Assembly: GCF_036588685.1 (NCBI RefSeq)
Contig: NC_086382.1
Coordinates: 39,060,001-39,124,000 of the forward strand
DNA: 64,000 bases
Direction of reading: 5' to 3'
Source: Mytilus trossulus
Taxonomy: Eukaryota
The translations under genes were made by a program, and so were the position numbers. Shown piece after piece: positions 62,713 to 64,000 of the stretch. The notes below the pieces were generated by a model, which did no database searches, was not told the DNA's origin, and saw nothing but the letters and a program-made list of their open reading frames with translations. Every line of letters begins with the position of its first letter. Position 1 is the first letter of the stretch.

Positions 62713-64000
62713 AATTCCATGATCGTGTTGACAGAAGACAAATAGAAAAAACAGTGCTAGTATTTAAAATAATAAATGTATTTGATTTTTTTTAATTTTT
62801 AAATAATTATGTCTTCAAGCTAAGCAGACCAATAAGACGTGTTTCCTAGTGACAGGCGAAATTCAGGTTTAGTTGTTTTTTTCTCTCATTTTCAATTTGA
62901 GTATTATTAAATACTCTTTTTAGTAATGTTCAACGCAAAACATGAAGACAGTAGAAACGGAAGAATATCTAAAATTGGGTAGATTTTTATTAATAGACAG
63001 ACGTGTGCAAGTCTGTATCTTATTGGGTATTCAAAGGCACAAGATCTATCTCCCCTCACACACTAAAGAAGTGCTAGTTAAATTGAAGGATATTTGGTTA
63101 ACCACGTATATAGCTCACGTCCTTTGGCAAATACTTCATTCATATTCAGGAAAAGAACAATTTTACACTGAATGTACGAGTAATAAAATATGTAGGCTGT
63201 GCAGTCAAAAATATATGGCAAGAAAAGTAAGAATGCAACTTGAAAATACGTGCACTTATTATTGTGATCTTGTCATTTTAGACTTAAAAGTGATTTTTAT
63301 TATAACGATTCTGAGACAAATCCTGTTTAATTCACCACATAAATCCGGAGGTTGGAGCCTGCATTTTTTGTTTGATACTGTATCTCATCATATTGGCTTG
63401 GCGTTTATTGTTTTGTACATAAATCATGCCGTTAGTTTTCTTCAATTGGTTTAAAAGAGGGACAAAAGATACCAGAGAGACAGTCAAACTCATAAGTCGA
63501 AAATAAACTGAAAACACCATGGCTAAATATAAAAAAGACAAACAGACAAACAATAGTACACATGACACAACATAGAAAACTAAGGAATAAACAAAACGGA
63601 CACCACCAAAAACTAGGGGTAATCATTCATCATTTCGGGCCATTTTTCAGCTTGAAATGCGGTATGAGATTTGCCTAATTTCGAAAGTCGTAAACCTTAA
63701 TCTGTTCGTCATTTGATATATGATGAAGACCGAAGATGGACAGTTGTCTGATTGGCAAAATGACAGAAAAATTGAAATTCCATGGTCGTCCCATCATTCA
63801 TATTTACACTAAAACTGTGTAGTGTTGAGAACACAAGTGACCTAGTAGCAGTGCTTCATGTTAAATGTGATCTCTTGAATATGACAAAATCAGGGCAGCA
63901 TAAAACGTATTACGAGGACAGAAGAATAGTGCAAATAATTTGTAAAATAAGCATTTATTTCGATTACAATATTTCAGTATATAACTCTAAAGGAAAATGT

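Noticed and set aside
62942-63454. 170-aa ORF
   Set aside because: No recognisable motif or splice context; composition resembles AT-rich non-coding DNA. Cannot be fully excluded.

Overview
AT-rich eukaryotic (spliced, GT-AG) genomic DNA; gene and repeat content point to a bivalve, probably a mussel (Mytilus-like; inferred, not verified). Genes: a C1q-domain exon (6.2 kb); a minus-strand orphan gene (10.9-13.6 kb); three tandem 3-exon 'short-chain collagen C4-like' secreted coiled-coil genes (one intact, two disrupted); and a + strand cluster (30.8-62.7 kb) built from GAS2 parts. That cluster holds a 117-aa stand-alone GAR-domain gene not shown whole in the ORF track, two long basic low-complexity proteins spliced to only the C-terminal half of GAR plus the GAS2 tail motif, and three paralogs truncated before that exon. 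Non-coding DNA carries a 365-bp tandem retrozyme-like array with type I hammerhead ribozymes, dispersed copies of it, Penelope-like RT remnants, tRNA- and Deu-type SINEs, MITEs and a foldback palindrome. All calls were read by eye and from recalled family motifs; no searches were run, and repeat boundaries are approximate.
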